A DNA stretch of 64,000 bases from an uncultured Alphaproteobacteria bacterium (GTDB taxonomy: Bacteria; Pseudomonadota; Alphaproteobacteria; Methylaequorales; Methylaequoraceae). Position 1 is the first letter of the stretch. The number at the start of each line of letters is the position of its first letter. Shown here one piece after another: positions 42,233-52,834 of this stretch. The translations under genes and the position numbers were made by a program. The notes under the pieces were generated by a model that did not search any database, had not been told where the DNA came from, and worked only from the letters and a program-made list of their open reading frames with translations. Location: contig CABZFH010000001.1 in NCBI GenBank assembly GCA_902524895.1, positions 254,172 to 318,171 on the forward strand, given 5' to 3'.

Positions 42233-43513
42233 TCAACCTTTAATTATACATGATACAAAAAAACCATCCATACCGCCGTTATTTTGATAACAAATCGGAG
42301 TCGAATATAACATTCCGTCAATTATTTTTATCTCAATATTATTTATTAGTTTTCTGTTAAGTTTTAGTAATGAATAATTTTTATTATGCCTCAGTATTTT
42401 ATTAATTATATCTTTTCCTTCATTAGATATTAGTGAGCATACAGAATAAACAAGAAGACCATCTTTTCTTAAAAAATTTAACGATTTCTTTATTAATTTT
42501 TCTTGTTTTGCAACTAAGATCTCTAAATTTAATTTTCTTTTCAAATATAAAATATCAGGTTGTTTGTTTATTACACCACTTCCAGAACATGGAGCATCTA
42601 TTAGAACACAGTCAAATTTCTGCTTACTTTCCCATTTATTGAAATCTTCATTAATTAAATTAACATTAAATTTTGCTCTTGATAAATTTTGTTTTAGGGT
42701 GAGAATTCTATTTTGCGAGACTTCAACAGCTGTTACATCAAAATTATTCTCACATAATTGTAAAGTTTTACCTCCCGGAGCAGACCCAATTTCTAGAATG
42801 CTGGGATTAAATTTTTTAAAATAATTTTCAATTATAGTTACTGGTATTGTGGATGCAGCGCTTTGGATCCACCAGTAACCTGCTGAAAAAAAAGGTAAGT
42901 CCTCAATCATACCAGAATTAGATTTGCGAATTAATTCTCCAAATAACGGTTTTCCTTTAAATAGCTTGGCCCAATTTTTTTTTTTAAAAAATTTTTTTTT
43001 AATTTTTATATCTAATAATGGCTCTTTCAACGATTGATGAGCAAATTTAATGGCGGTATTTAAACTAAAATTTTCTTTCCAATTATTAAATATCCAGTCT
43101 GGGACATTTTCTTCAATTTTCAAATTTCCAAGAAGTTTTTGTTTATCTCTGCATATTTGCCTCAGAATAGCGTTGACGAAACCAGAAGTCCTTGAGCCAA
43201 ATTTCTTTGATAAGTTCACACCTATGTTTACTGCTGAATAGTCTGTTGTACGCATAAATAATATTTGCGTTATGGCAATTTTCAAAATATTTAGAATTTT
43301 TTTTTCAGATTTTTTTTTTGTATATTTTTGAATTATTTTTTCAATAGATTTGTTCCACCTAAAAAAAGTGAGCAGTAACACTTTTACAAAAGCTTTATCT
43401 TTAGAGTCTAGATCAAAAAAATTTTTGTGTTTATTAATAATTTTTTCATATTTTGAATTTTCATCAGCAGAGTTTAGGATTTCAAAACAAATTTTTCTAG
43501 TACAAAGTCTCAA
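42233..43513 (-). CDS. rsmB: 16S rRNA (cytosine-C5)-methyltransferase RsmB/Sun family
   Basis: 426 aa. SAM motif ILEIGSAPGGKT; catalytic DAPCSGSG. Confidence 0.85.
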   Translation of the reverse strand: MRLCTRKICFEILNSADENSKYEKIINKHKNFFDLDSKDKAFVKVLLLTFFRWNKSIEKIIQKYTKKKSEKKILNILKIAITQILFMRTTDYSAVNIGVNLSKKFGSRTSGFVNAILRQICRDKQKLLGNLKIEENVPDWIFNNWKENFSLNTAIKFAHQSLKEPLLDIKIKKKFFKKKNWAKLFKGKPLFGELIRKSNSGMIEDLPFFSAGYWWIQSAASTIPVTIIENYFKKFNPSILEIGSAPGGKTLQLCENNFDVTAVEVSQNRILTLKQNLSRAKFNVNLINEDFNKWESKQKFDCVLIDAPCSGSGVINKQPDILYLKRKLNLEILVAKQEKLIKKSLNFLRKDGLLVYSVCSLISNEGKDIINKILRHNKNYSLLKLNRKLINNIEIKIIDGMLYSTPICYQNNGGMDGFFVSCIIKG

Positions 43514-43564
43514 TTTAAACCTAATTAAGTTGATTTTAGTAATTGAATATATTACTTATTTGAT

Positions 43565-43696
43565 ATGAATCCAAAAAAAAAATTAAAACACAAAAAAAAA
43601 TCAGTCGAGAAAACGAAAGAAATTGGTGGACCTAGCGGTCTTGAACCAACTAGATATGGAGATTGGGAGAGAAAAGGTATTTGTTATGATTTTTAA
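43565..43696 (+). CDS. DUF1674 (SDHAF4-like) small protein, 43 aa; not in the supplied ORF track
   Basis: ATG at 43565. Translation [43 protein letters not shown]. The C-terminal [18 protein letters not shown] motif is the DUF1674 hallmark. Contains A10 and A9 homopolymer runs. Confidence 0.6.
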   Translation: MNPKKKLKHKKKSVEKTKEIGGPSGLEPTRYGDWERKGICYDF

Positions 43697-45639
43697 TCTT
43701 TCTTCAGAACTCTATTATTAATAAGCTCTTGGACTACGCTTGGGTCATTGAGAGTTGAAACGTCTCCAATTGTTTCTTCTTCTCCACTCGCTATTTTTCT
43801 AAGTATTCTCCTCATAATTTTTCCTGATCTTGTCTTTGGAAGGTTTGGTGCCCATTGAATTTCGTCAGGAGTGGCGATTGGACCAATGATTTTTCTAACC
43901 CAATTATGCAAGTCTGTTTTTAGTTCATCTGTATATTTTTCATCAGACATTAGTGTAACGTAAGCATATATTCCTTGTCCCTTTATTTTGTGAGGAAAAC
44001 CGACAACTGCAGCCTCTGAAACTTTCTTATTTAAAACTAATGCACTTTCAACTTCTGCAGTTCCTAATCTATGACCAGAAACATTTATAACATCATCAAC
44101 TCTTCCTGTAATCCAGTAATATCCATCATTATCTCTTCTACAACCATCACCTGTGAAATATTTACCTTTGAAGGTTGAAAAGTAAGTGTTTTCAAACCTT
44201 TTGTGATCCTTGTAAACAGTCCTCATCATACCTGGCCAAGAATCAATTATACATAAATTTCCTTCACATTCCCCTTTTAGTTCATTTCCATCATTATCTA
44301 CAATCATTGGTTGAACCCCAAAAAATGGTAAAGTTGCAGAACCAGGTTTTGTCGGAGTGGCACTTGCAAACGGAGATATAAGTGTTGCTCCAGTTTCGGT
44401 TTGCCAATACGTATCAACTATTGGGCATTTCCCTTTTCCTATTTTATCATGATACCATTTCCATGCCTCTGGATTTATTGGTTCCCCAACTGTGCCTAAT
44501 ATTCTCAGCGATTCTCTTGAAGTAGAATTTACAAATTTATCCCCCATACCCATAAGTGCCCTTATTGCGGTTGGCGCAGTATAGAATATTGTAACTTTAT
44601 GTTTATCAACCACTTCCCAAAATCTTGCTCCTGATGGATAAGTCGGTATACCTTCAAACATTAGAGTAGTTGAACCATTACACAGTGGTCCATATACAAT
44701 ATATGAATGCCCAGTAACCCAACCTACATCTGCCGAACACCAATAAATGTCATTATCTTTAATATCAAAAATATATTTGTGAGAAAGTGAGGCGTGAAGA
44801 AGATAACCTGCGGTTGTATGTAAAACGCCTTTTGGTGCGCCGGTTGACCCTGACGTGTAAAGAATGAAAAGAGGATCTTCAGATGATTGTATTTCTATCT
44901 TACAATCTTTAGGTTGATCTTTAACTATTTCATGATAATGGTAATAATTTGAATCTAGTTTTTCTTCATAATCTGTTCTTTTAACAACAACGATATTTTT
45001 CACAAAATCTATATTTTTTATACTCTCTTTAACATTTTTCAAAAGAGGAATTTTTTTATTACCTCTAAGACCCTCGTTTGCAGTAATTATTGTACTAGAT
45101 TCGCAATCTATTATTCTATTCCTCAAAGATTCTGGAGAAAATCCTCCAAAAACAACTGAATGTATAGCTCCAATTCTAGCACAAGATAACATCGCAATAG
45201 CAGCTTCTGGAATCATTGGCAAATAAATAGTTACTCTGTCACCTTTTTTTACCCCAATTGATTTTAATGCATTCGAAAACTTACAGACCCTTTCATGTAA
45301 ATCCTTATATGTAATTTTTTCACTTTCTTCTGGATTGTCTCCCTCCCAGATTATTGCTATTTTTTCAGATTTATCTTTAAGATGTCGATCCAAACAATTA
45401 TAACTTACGTTGAGACAACCATCTAGAAACCATTTAATTTCAATATTGTCTGTAAAGCTTGATTTTTTTACCCTGTTAAATTTTTTAATCCATGATATTG
45501 TGTCAGCTTGCTCTGCCCAAAAACCTTCAGGATCTTCAACAGATTTTTTGTATAATTTCAGGTACTGGTCGAATGTCAAAGAAGAATCAGATTTTATTTC
45601 ATCAGGAACATCATATTTATCAATAAATTTATTCATCAC
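43693..45639 (-). CDS. acs: Acetyl-coenzyme A synthetase
   Basis: 648 aa. AMP-binding motif [11 protein letters not shown]; C-terminal acs domain. Confidence 0.95.
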   Translation of the reverse strand: MMNKFIDKYDVPDEIKSDSSLTFDQYLKLYKKSVEDPEGFWAEQADTISWIKKFNRVKKSSFTDNIEIKWFLDGCLNVSYNCLDRHLKDKSEKIAIIWEGDNPEESEKITYKDLHERVCKFSNALKSIGVKKGDRVTIYLPMIPEAAIAMLSCARIGAIHSVVFGGFSPESLRNRIIDCESSTIITANEGLRGNKKIPLLKNVKESIKNIDFVKNIVVVKRTDYEEKLDSNYYHYHEIVKDQPKDCKIEIQSSEDPLFILYTSGSTGAPKGVLHTTAGYLLHASLSHKYIFDIKDNDIYWCSADVGWVTGHSYIVYGPLCNGSTTLMFEGIPTYPSGARFWEVVDKHKVTIFYTAPTAIRALMGMGDKFVNSTSRESLRILGTVGEPINPEAWKWYHDKIGKGKCPIVDTYWQTETGATLISPFASATPTKPGSATLPFFGVQPMIVDNDGNELKGECEGNLCIIDSWPGMMRTVYKDHKRFENTYFSTFKGKYFTGDGCRRDNDGYYWITGRVDDVINVSGHRLGTAEVESALVLNKKVSEAAVVGFPHKIKGQGIYAYVTLMSDEKYTDELKTDLHNWVRKIIGPIATPDEIQWAPNLPKTRSGKIMRRILRKIASGEEETIGDVSTLNDPSVVQELINNRVLKKD

Positions 45640-45650
45640 GATAATAATTT

Positions 45651-45923
45651 TTAATAAACTTTTCTAAATTTGAAAATCTCAATTTTCTTAAATAAACCTC
45701 CCAAAAAATAAGGATCGTTTTTTGAAAAAGTTTCGGCTTCTCGTTTGCTGAGAAAATTTAAAATTAACAGGCTACCTAAGGGTTCCTCATTTTCATTTAA
45801 TAAAGGACCAGCTAGAACAATTTGTTTTTCAAATTTCTTTAAATACGAAATATGGTCATTCCTTAATGACCTTCTTCTCTCAAATGAGTCGTTTTTATCG
45901 TAACAATAAATTGAATATAACAT
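45651..45923 (-). CDS. YciI-like protein
   Basis: 90 aa. [11 protein letters not shown]...LAGPL pattern. Confidence 0.6.
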   Translation of the reverse strand: MLYSIYCYDKNDSFERRRSLRNDHISYLKKFEKQIVLAGPLLNENEEPLGSLLILNFLSKREAETFSKNDPYFLGGLFKKIEIFKFRKVY

Positions 45924-45924
45924 T

Positions 45925-46908
45925 TTAAATTTCGAATTGAAGTGGCCTCGATAACAGTTTATAAATTACATTAGATATTGGTTCTCCGTCAAGAATTTCT
46001 TTCACCGCACTACATATAGGTAATTCAATTTTTTTAATTTTTGACAAGTTGTAAATTGCTTTGCATGATGCAACACCTTCATTTAGATTTTTCTCTTTAT
46101 TAATATCCTTTAATTTCATACCACTTCCTAATTTGTATCCTAGAAGCATATTTCTTGATTTAATTGAATTGCAAGAAAGATTTAAATCACCCAGACCAGA
46201 AAGACCCATAAAAGTTTTTTCCTTAGCACCTAAACTTTTTCCAAGCATAATCATTTCTTTTAATCCTCGGGCCATTATTGAAGACTTAGCATTTTCGCCT
46301 AACTTTTTTCCTATAACAATTCCGCAGGCAATTGCGATGATATTCTTCATTGAACCACCAATTTGGGTTCCAATAATATCAGTATTAAAATATGGTCTAA
46401 AATTTTTATTTGATATCGCTTTTCCAACCTCTTCCACTTTCTTCTTGTTGGCACAAGATAATACAAAAGCTGTTGGAAGATTTTTTGAAACTTCATCAGA
46501 AAAGTTAGGACCTGACAACACAATAGGTTCTAAGCCAGGATATATATCCTGAAAAACTTCAGTCATTAATTTGTTAGATTTATTTTCAATACCCTTTGAA
46601 CACAAAATAAAATTTTTTTTTGAGCGTATATTTTTTTTAATAATCGATAGGTTTTTTCTTACCATTTGGGAAGGGGTAACAATAAATATTAAACTCGTAT
46701 CTCTTAAATCAGTAATTTTTGTAGTTATTTTTATTTCCTTGGGTAAAAATTGATTGGGAAGAAATCTAGATTTTCCTTGTTTCAATTCGTTGTATGTTTT
46801 TTTTGAATTTATAAAAACTGAAACATTACATTTAGAAAAGTTTAAAGCTATTGAGAGTGCAATACCCCAAGAACCATTCCCAATAATACCTATATTTTTA
46901 TAATTCAT
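45925..46908 (-). CDS. gpsA: NAD(P)H-dependent glycerol-3-phosphate dehydrogenase
   Basis: 327 aa. IGIIGNGSWGIAL NAD motif. Confidence 0.9.
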   Translation of the reverse strand: MNYKNIGIIGNGSWGIALSIALNFSKCNVSVFINSKKTYNELKQGKSRFLPNQFLPKEIKITTKITDLRDTSLIFIVTPSQMVRKNLSIIKKNIRSKKNFILCSKGIENKSNKLMTEVFQDIYPGLEPIVLSGPNFSDEVSKNLPTAFVLSCANKKKVEEVGKAISNKNFRPYFNTDIIGTQIGGSMKNIIAIACGIVIGKKLGENAKSSIMARGLKEMIMLGKSLGAKEKTFMGLSGLGDLNLSCNSIKSRNMLLGYKLGSGMKLKDINKEKNLNEGVASCKAIYNLSKIKKIELPICSAVKEILDGEPISNVIYKLLSRPLQFEI

Positions 46909-47929
46909 TGATTGACCATCTTGGATTGGGTAAAAATTTTATTGAGTCACCTTTTTCTCCATTGACTATTCTTTCTATAGCAGTCCATGCAACCATTGAA
47001 GCATTATCGACGCACAGTCTTGGGTCAGGTGCAAAAAAAGTCATTTTTTTTTTATTACAAAGTTCTACCATTTTTTCTCTTAAATATTTGTTTGAGGCAA
47101 CACCTCCAGCCATTAAAAAATAACCTTTCCCAAACAATTTTAAAAATTTATTTATCCCGTGACTACATCTATCCAGAAGACATTCACTAACGGCTAATTG
47201 AAAACTGTACGCGAGGTCTGAATTTTTATCTCTCGAATTCTTGTTTTCAACCTTTCTTCTTACAGCTGTTTTTAAACCAGAGAATGAAAAGTCTAAATTT
47301 TTTTTTTTAATCATTGGTCTAGGCAGTAAAACAATATTTTGTCTTTTACTCTTTTTTGCTAGCATCTCAATTTTTGGACCCCCAGGGTATCCAAGGCCAA
47401 GAATTTTTGCAGTTTTATCAAATGCTTCTCCAACAGCATCATCAATTGTTTCGCCAATTATTTCGAATTTATTGTAGGCTTTAGCAATAATTAACTGCGT
47501 ATGCCCACCCGAAATTAAAAGGACAAGAAAAGGGAATTCAATTTTTTTTTTAACTCTTGAGACTAAAATATGAGCTTGAAGATGATTAATTGCAAAGAAA
47601 GGCTTATTTAAACCAATTGATAGGGACTTAGCAAAGTTTGATCCAATGAGAAGTCCGCCGTTTAGACCTGGCCCACAAGTTGCAGCAAACGCATCAATAT
47701 TAGATACTTTTATATTTGACTGTTTAAGAATAGTTTGTGTAATTTTTTTAAGGCTGAGTATATGTTCCCTAGAAGAAATTTCTGGAACAACCCCACCGAA
47801 AATTTCATGTTTTTTTGCTTGGGAAAGGACTATCTCCTTAATAATTTTTCCTCCAAATTTGGATTTATTTTTTTTTACTAAAGCAACTGCAGTTTCATCA
47901 CAACTAGTTTCAATACCAAGAACTAACAT
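46898..47929 (-). CDS. tsaD: tRNA N6-adenosine threonylcarbamoyltransferase TsaD
   Basis: 343 aa. LGIETSCDETAVAL; Kae1/Gcp family. Confidence 0.9.
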   Translation of the reverse strand: MLVLGIETSCDETAVALVKKNKSKFGGKIIKEIVLSQAKKHEIFGGVVPEISSREHILSLKKITQTILKQSNIKVSNIDAFAATCGPGLNGGLLIGSNFAKSLSIGLNKPFFAINHLQAHILVSRVKKKIEFPFLVLLISGGHTQLIIAKAYNKFEIIGETIDDAVGEAFDKTAKILGLGYPGGPKIEMLAKKSKRQNIVLLPRPMIKKKNLDFSFSGLKTAVRRKVENKNSRDKNSDLAYSFQLAVSECLLDRCSHGINKFLKLFGKGYFLMAGGVASNKYLREKMVELCNKKKMTFFAPDPRLCVDNASMVAWTAIERIVNGEKGDSIKFLPNPRWSINEL

Positions 47930-47993
47930 ATCTATTTAATACTTTTAATTTATCCGTAGATTTTAGAATACTATCGTAATAATATTTTAACAA

Positions 47994-48914
47994 ATGTTAA
48001 GTGTTCAAAAAAAAATAATAATTGGGTCAAGAGCCAGTTTACTCGCTCGAACACAAGTAGAAATATTTAAAGAAGAATTGCTTAAAAAACAGAAAAAAAT
48101 TAATAATCATAATATTGAAGAGGTTTTTATTAAAACCTCTGGAGATAATTTTTTGGAAAAAAAAATTTCAGCATATGGAGACAAAGGATTATTTACAAAA
48201 GAAATAGACGAAGCGCAATTATCTAATAATGTTGATATAGCGATTCACTCATTAAAAGATTTACCTTACAAATTGCCAAATGGCCTAATAATTGCGGGAT
48301 ATTTAAAAAGAGAAGATTGCAGAGACGCACTAGTGAGTAACAAAGGTGATAGTTTAAAATCTTTGAAAAGTAATTCAATTATAGGTACTTCTTCAATAAG
48401 ACGAGAGATACAACTTAGGCAATTAAGACCTGATTTAAAAATTAAACTAATAAGAGGAAATGTAGAAACTAGAATAAAAAAATTATATAGAGGTGAATAT
48501 GATGGAATCTTGTTAGCAATGGCGGGTTTAAAAAGATTAGGCATATTTCAAGATGTTAATCCAATTAGTAGTAATTTATTTGTCCCTGCTATTGGACAAG
48601 GCGCAATCGCGATAGTCACAAGAGAAAAAGATAATGAATTAGTATCTTTGATAAAAAAAATTTCAAATTTAAACACAAAACTAGAGGTAGAGTGCGAGAG
48701 AAGTTTTTTAGCAGGTTTTGACGGCTCGTGCCAAACACCAGTTGGTGCAATCGCAAAGGTATTATATGAAAATCATAAAAAGAAAATTAAATTTAGATAT
48801 TTTGGTTCTGATTTTACTGGGAAGGAAATAAAAACAGGAAAAAGATTATTAGAAATTCAAAATTGTAAAACAAAATGTTATGACTTAGGAAAAAAGGTTT
48901 CTAAAATACTATAA
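47994..48914 (+). CDS. hemC: Hydroxymethylbilane synthase (porphobilinogen deaminase)
   Basis: 306 aa. IGSRASLLARTQ; dipyrromethane cofactor Cys region (GSCQTPVGA). Confidence 0.9.
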   Translation: MLSVQKKIIIGSRASLLARTQVEIFKEELLKKQKKINNHNIEEVFIKTSGDNFLEKKISAYGDKGLFTKEIDEAQLSNNVDIAIHSLKDLPYKLPNGLIIAGYLKREDCRDALVSNKGDSLKSLKSNSIIGTSSIRREIQLRQLRPDLKIKLIRGNVETRIKKLYRGEYDGILLAMAGLKRLGIFQDVNPISSNLFVPAIGQGAIAIVTREKDNELVSLIKKISNLNTKLEVECERSFLAGFDGSCQTPVGAIAKVLYENHKKKIKFRYFGSDFTGKEIKTGKRLLEIQNCKTKCYDLGKKVSKIL

Positions 48915-48917
48915 TAT

Positions 48918-49631
48918 ATGAATTTATTACTAACTAGACCTCTAAATGACTCCAAAAAGCTGAAAAATAAGCTAAAAGATTTAAATTTTTCTACATATTT
49001 AGCCCCTTTAATTGATATAAAGTTTATTGAAATAAAAAGAAAAGCTTATCTTACTCACTATGATTTGATTATTTTCACTAGTAGGAATTCTTTAAAATCA
49101 ATAAATCAAAAAAAAATAAGCTATAAAGATGTTATTACGGTAGGACCAGGGACATATGAAACAACAATTAAGCTTGGTTATAAAAATATAATCAAGTCTA
49201 ATGGGGGATCTTCAGATATAATCAGATTATTTTCCAAAATATTTAAAAACAAAAAATTAAATATACTCCATCCAACATCAAACTTTGCAAGCAATACTTT
49301 AGAAAACTTTTTCAAAGAACAAGGGAGTGATTATAAAAAAGTAATTTCATATAAAGTGAGCAAAAAAAATGTTAATCCAAAACAATTTAAGGAATTTATA
49401 AAACAAGGAAACGGTATAGTCGCAATTTTTTCATCTAAAACCGCTGAATCTTTTTTTGAATTAATTCAAAAAGAAAATTATAAAGAAGATTGTAAAAATA
49501 AAACTCTAGTTTTGCTGAGCGATTCCATTAGACCTCATTTAGGAGATCTAATATTTAAAAAAATTATTATAGCTGATCATCCAAATGAGTTATGCTTTGT
49601 AAAAGTATTGTTAAACTTTAAAAAAAAATAA
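48918..49631 (+). CDS. hemD: Uroporphyrinogen-III synthase
   Basis: 237 aa. LLLTRP N-terminus; HemD fold. Directly after hemC. Confidence 0.7.
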   Translation: MNLLLTRPLNDSKKLKNKLKDLNFSTYLAPLIDIKFIEIKRKAYLTHYDLIIFTSRNSLKSINQKKISYKDVITVGPGTYETTIKLGYKNIIKSNGGSSDIIRLFSKIFKNKKLNILHPTSNFASNTLENFFKEQGSDYKKVISYKVSKKNVNPKQFKEFIKQGNGIVAIFSSKTAESFFELIQKENYKEDCKNKTLVLLSDSIRPHLGDLIFKKIIIADHPNELCFVKVLLNFKKK

Positions 49632-49642
49632 GTATTTAAAGA

Positions 49643-50659
49643 ATGAAAAATAAAAAATCAAAAAATGCAGAATATATAGAATTAGATAAATCCGAATATA
49701 AAAATAAAAATTCTAGATATTGGTTGATTGCTTTTATCGTTACATTTGCAATAATAATTTTTTATCTTTTCAAAGATGGAAAATTTATAAATGATTTGAA
49801 GTATGCTTTTTTTATCAATAATCAGAAGAGATCTAGTGAAAATGTTGAACTTGATTCTGCGCCTGAATATTTAACTACTAGTAAAGTTATGGATTTATTT
49901 CAAGAAAGAGATTTTAATTATCAGATTCTTGATAAGAAGAATGATGATAATAAAAAAAAAATAAATAGTTTAGAACTTCAAATCAATAGCTTGAAAAAAC
50001 AATTTAATAATTTGGTACAACAAAATGATTTCGATCAAAGTGAAGAATCAGAATTGATATCACCAAATAAAGCATATATGAACTTATTATTGCTGAATAA
50101 AAAATTATTTTCTAATGAGCCTATAAATAAAGAATTAGAATTTCTAGAATCATATTTTAGTGAAAACGAAAATATTACAACACTTTTAAAATATTTTAAG
50201 TCAATCGAAAGAGTTCCTCTAAATAATTTTGAACTGATAGTCGAGCTGGATAGTTTAGCCCAGAAATTTAATTTGATAAATTTAGATAAGTCAGATGAAA
50301 TATTTTCAAATTCTAATTGGCAGGAAGCTATAAAGTCAAAGGAAGGTTTTAAAAAAAATTTAATGAACTTTATAGATACAAATTTTAAAATAAGATTAAT
50401 TAACCAGGATGTAGATTTAAATGATTACACAGATATAAATAACAACGGTAGAATTGAAATAGTAGATTCTCTTATGCAGACAAGGTCTAAATTGTTATTA
50501 AATGATTTAAAAGGAGCAAAAATGAATCTTGAAGAAATTTCTTCACCTTTTCCTTACGAATTTGAGGTTATTCTTCAAAAAATTAACGAACTACTAATTT
50601 TTAATAAAAATATTAAGAAATTAGAAGAAGAAATTTTGATAAGCATATTAAATATTTAA
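49643..50659 (+). CDS. HemX-position coiled-coil membrane protein (alphaproteobacterial Mic60/mitofilin-like candidate)
   Basis: 338 aa. One N-terminal TM helix, then extended coiled coil. Occupies the hemC-hemD-[mic60-like]-[hemY-like/orf52] slot conserved in alphaproteobacteria. Confidence 0.45.
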   Translation: MKNKKSKNAEYIELDKSEYKNKNSRYWLIAFIVTFAIIIFYLFKDGKFINDLKYAFFINNQKRSSENVELDSAPEYLTTSKVMDLFQERDFNYQILDKKNDDNKKKINSLELQINSLKKQFNNLVQQNDFDQSEESELISPNKAYMNLLLLNKKLFSNEPINKELEFLESYFSENENITTLLKYFKSIERVPLNNFELIVELDSLAQKFNLINLDKSDEIFSNSNWQEAIKSKEGFKKNLMNFIDTNFKIRLINQDVDLNDYTDINNNGRIEIVDSLMQTRSKLLLNDLKGAKMNLEEISSPFPYEFEVILQKINELLIFNKNIKKLEEEILISILNI

Positions 50660-51921
50660 TGTTTAAGATTACAAAATTTTTTTTATCAGTTTTATTAATT
50701 TTGATGCCAATTATTTGGTTATCAAATTATCCCGGTCAAGTGAAAATTCTTTGGAAAAACTACTTTGTTGAAACTTCAATGTTTTTTCTGGTAATTTTAC
50801 TTTCCATATTTGTTTGTTTAATAATTATTTTAACATTAGTCTATAAAAAAATTACTTTGGTTCCAAAGGAGTTTAAAGCTTCAAAAAATCAAAAACTCCT
50901 TAGTCAAAGCAATAAAACTCTGACAGATCTAACTAAAAGTATAGCAACAAATGATATTAAAAAAATTGATTTAAATGCCAGAAAACTAAGTAAATATTTA
51001 GGAAATTCAGTTTTTACTTCATACATTTTATCACAAAACTCTTTATTGAGAAATGACTTTTCGGAGGCAAAAAAATACAACGAGTTACTAGTAAGAATTC
51101 CTGAAGCAAAGTTTTTAGGTATGAAGGGATTAAGTAATATTTACATCAAAGAGAAAGATGATAAGAACGCAATAAAATATCTAGAGCAAGCATTTAAACT
51201 TCAACCCAAGAATCTTTGGATAAGAGAAAACTTATCAAGACTATTAGCCAAGAATGGAAAATGGAAAGAAGCAGCGAAGATTTTGGAAGATACCAAAGCT
51301 AACAATGAAAGATTGACAAATAATAGAGCAGGCTTCCTCGTAAAATCAGGAGCTAGTTCAGAAAATATCTGGAAAGATTTTAAAAATTTTATTCCTGTAA
51401 TTTCCGAATCTATAAAATTTTACGTTGATAACAATGAGGAAAAAAAGGCTATTCGAATACTTGAAGGTTCTTGGAATAATTTATTATATCAGGGTTTAGT
51501 TGAACAATTTTTTAGTTCAAAAAAAGAGGACGTGAAATTGTACTTGAGAAGATACAAATTATTAAAAAAATATCTTTTAAAATTTATTAAACATGATGAA
51601 ACAAAATTAGCAATTGCATATGGCGCTTACAAAGCTTCCTTATGGGGAGAAACAAAAAGTTATTTAGAAAGAATTAAAGTAGAAGACTGGGATGAGAGAA
51701 TTATTGATTTGTGGAAAAAACTTGAAGAGAAAAGTAATCGAATAATTATACCAAATCTTCCGAAAAAACCAATTAAGGCACCTCAATGGAATTGTGTCTG
51801 TGGAACAAATTATCTTAAGTGGCAATTAGTATGCGATAAATGCCATGAAATAGGAAAAATATCTTGGCCAAAAAGTATTAACATTGATCTGAAAGAAATT
51901 AAATTTAATGAATTTTTTTAG
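50659..51921 (+). CDS. HemY N-terminal domain / TPR membrane protein (orf52-like) with C-terminal Cys4 zinc ribbon
   Basis: 420 aa. 2 N-terminal TM helices, TPR region. C-terminal WNCVCG...CDKCH. Confidence 0.6.
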   Translation: MFKITKFFLSVLLILMPIIWLSNYPGQVKILWKNYFVETSMFFLVILLSIFVCLIIILTLVYKKITLVPKEFKASKNQKLLSQSNKTLTDLTKSIATNDIKKIDLNARKLSKYLGNSVFTSYILSQNSLLRNDFSEAKKYNELLVRIPEAKFLGMKGLSNIYIKEKDDKNAIKYLEQAFKLQPKNLWIRENLSRLLAKNGKWKEAAKILEDTKANNERLTNNRAGFLVKSGASSENIWKDFKNFIPVISESIKFYVDNNEEKKAIRILEGSWNNLLYQGLVEQFFSSKKEDVKLYLRRYKLLKKYLLKFIKHDETKLAIAYGAYKASLWGETKSYLERIKVEDWDERIIDLWKKLEEKSNRIIIPNLPKKPIKAPQWNCVCGTNYLKWQLVCDKCHEIGKISWPKSINIDLKEIKFNEFF

Positions 51922-52520
51922 TCATAGTGTTTCCAAATATGAATTGCTAATATTGATGAATACGGAGAAAATTTTTTTTCTAGATCAATTATTTTGGCTG
52001 AATCACCATTAATTTTTTCTATAAATTTTTTAATTATTAGATCACTTTTTGGCCAGATATTTGTATATCCAAAATAAAATATGCCAATCATATGACATGT
52101 CCAGTCACCTATACCTTTGTAGGATTGAAGAGTTTCTTTAAATTTTTTAAATTCCAAATTTTCAAGATCTGTTTCATTTAACCTACCGCTAAATATCTCA
52201 TTATTAATGTGTTTTAAATAATTAATTTTTTGAGATGAGATACCTATTTTACTAAGAATTTGGTAACTATCTTTTTGTTGAAAAAGTTTATTGATTTTAA
52301 CGTTATTACTTTTTGATATACAAAGAACTTTCTTCCAAATACTTCTTGCTGCTTTTGAAGATATTTGTTGTGATATCATAGTTTTTACTAAAAAGTCAAA
52401 AAAAGAAATTTCCTCTTTTTCAATTGTTAAAACACCATTTGATTTTACAAGACTATTAACTTGAGAAATTGTTTCTGATTTTTTCAATAGATATTTATGA
52501 ATCTCACTATATTTTTTCAC
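51918..52520 (-). CDS. HhH-GPD DNA glycosylase (AlkA-like DNA-3-methyladenine glycosylase II family)
   Basis: 200 aa. HhH-GPD motif YKGIGDWTCHMIGIF. Confidence 0.6.
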   Translation of the reverse strand: MKKYSEIHKYLLKKSETISQVNSLVKSNGVLTIEKEEISFFDFLVKTMISQQISSKAARSIWKKVLCISKSNNVKINKLFQQKDSYQILSKIGISSQKINYLKHINNEIFSGRLNETDLENLEFKKFKETLQSYKGIGDWTCHMIGIFYFGYTNIWPKSDLIIKKFIEKINGDSAKIIDLEKKFSPYSSILAIHIWKHYD

Positions 52521-52521
52521 A

Positions 52522-52827
52522 TCATATTTTCATTATTTTTGATGGATCAGATTTTTTTTTACTCATTTTATTTTTTTTAATTAAATATAAGTTCCTTGTA
52601 TAAATTAGAAAACCACACGATTGTCCAACAATAAAAACAGGATCCTCTTTATGAATTGCATAACTTAAAAGGATAATGCTTCCTAAAATACTTATCCACC
52701 AAAAGATATTTGGTATTATACTTTTTGAAGCCCTTTCACTTACGATCCATTGAATTAAAAATCTTGAGGCAAATATAGCTTGCCCAATAAAACCTATTAT
52801 AATCCACATTTTAGCCGTAAGAATCAT
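52522..52827 (-). CDS. Lipid-A-disaccharide synthase N-terminal domain (LAB_N) small membrane protein
   Basis: 101 aa. GFIGQAIFASRFLIQWIVSE...FWWISILGSIILLSYAIHKEDPVFIVGQSCG matches the LAB_N pattern. Adjacent to an ArnC-like GT2. Confidence 0.65.
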   Translation of the reverse strand: MILTAKMWIIIGFIGQAIFASRFLIQWIVSERASKSIIPNIFWWISILGSIILLSYAIHKEDPVFIVGQSCGFLIYTRNLYLIKKNKMSKKKSDPSKIMKI

Positions 52828-52834
52828 CTTTACC

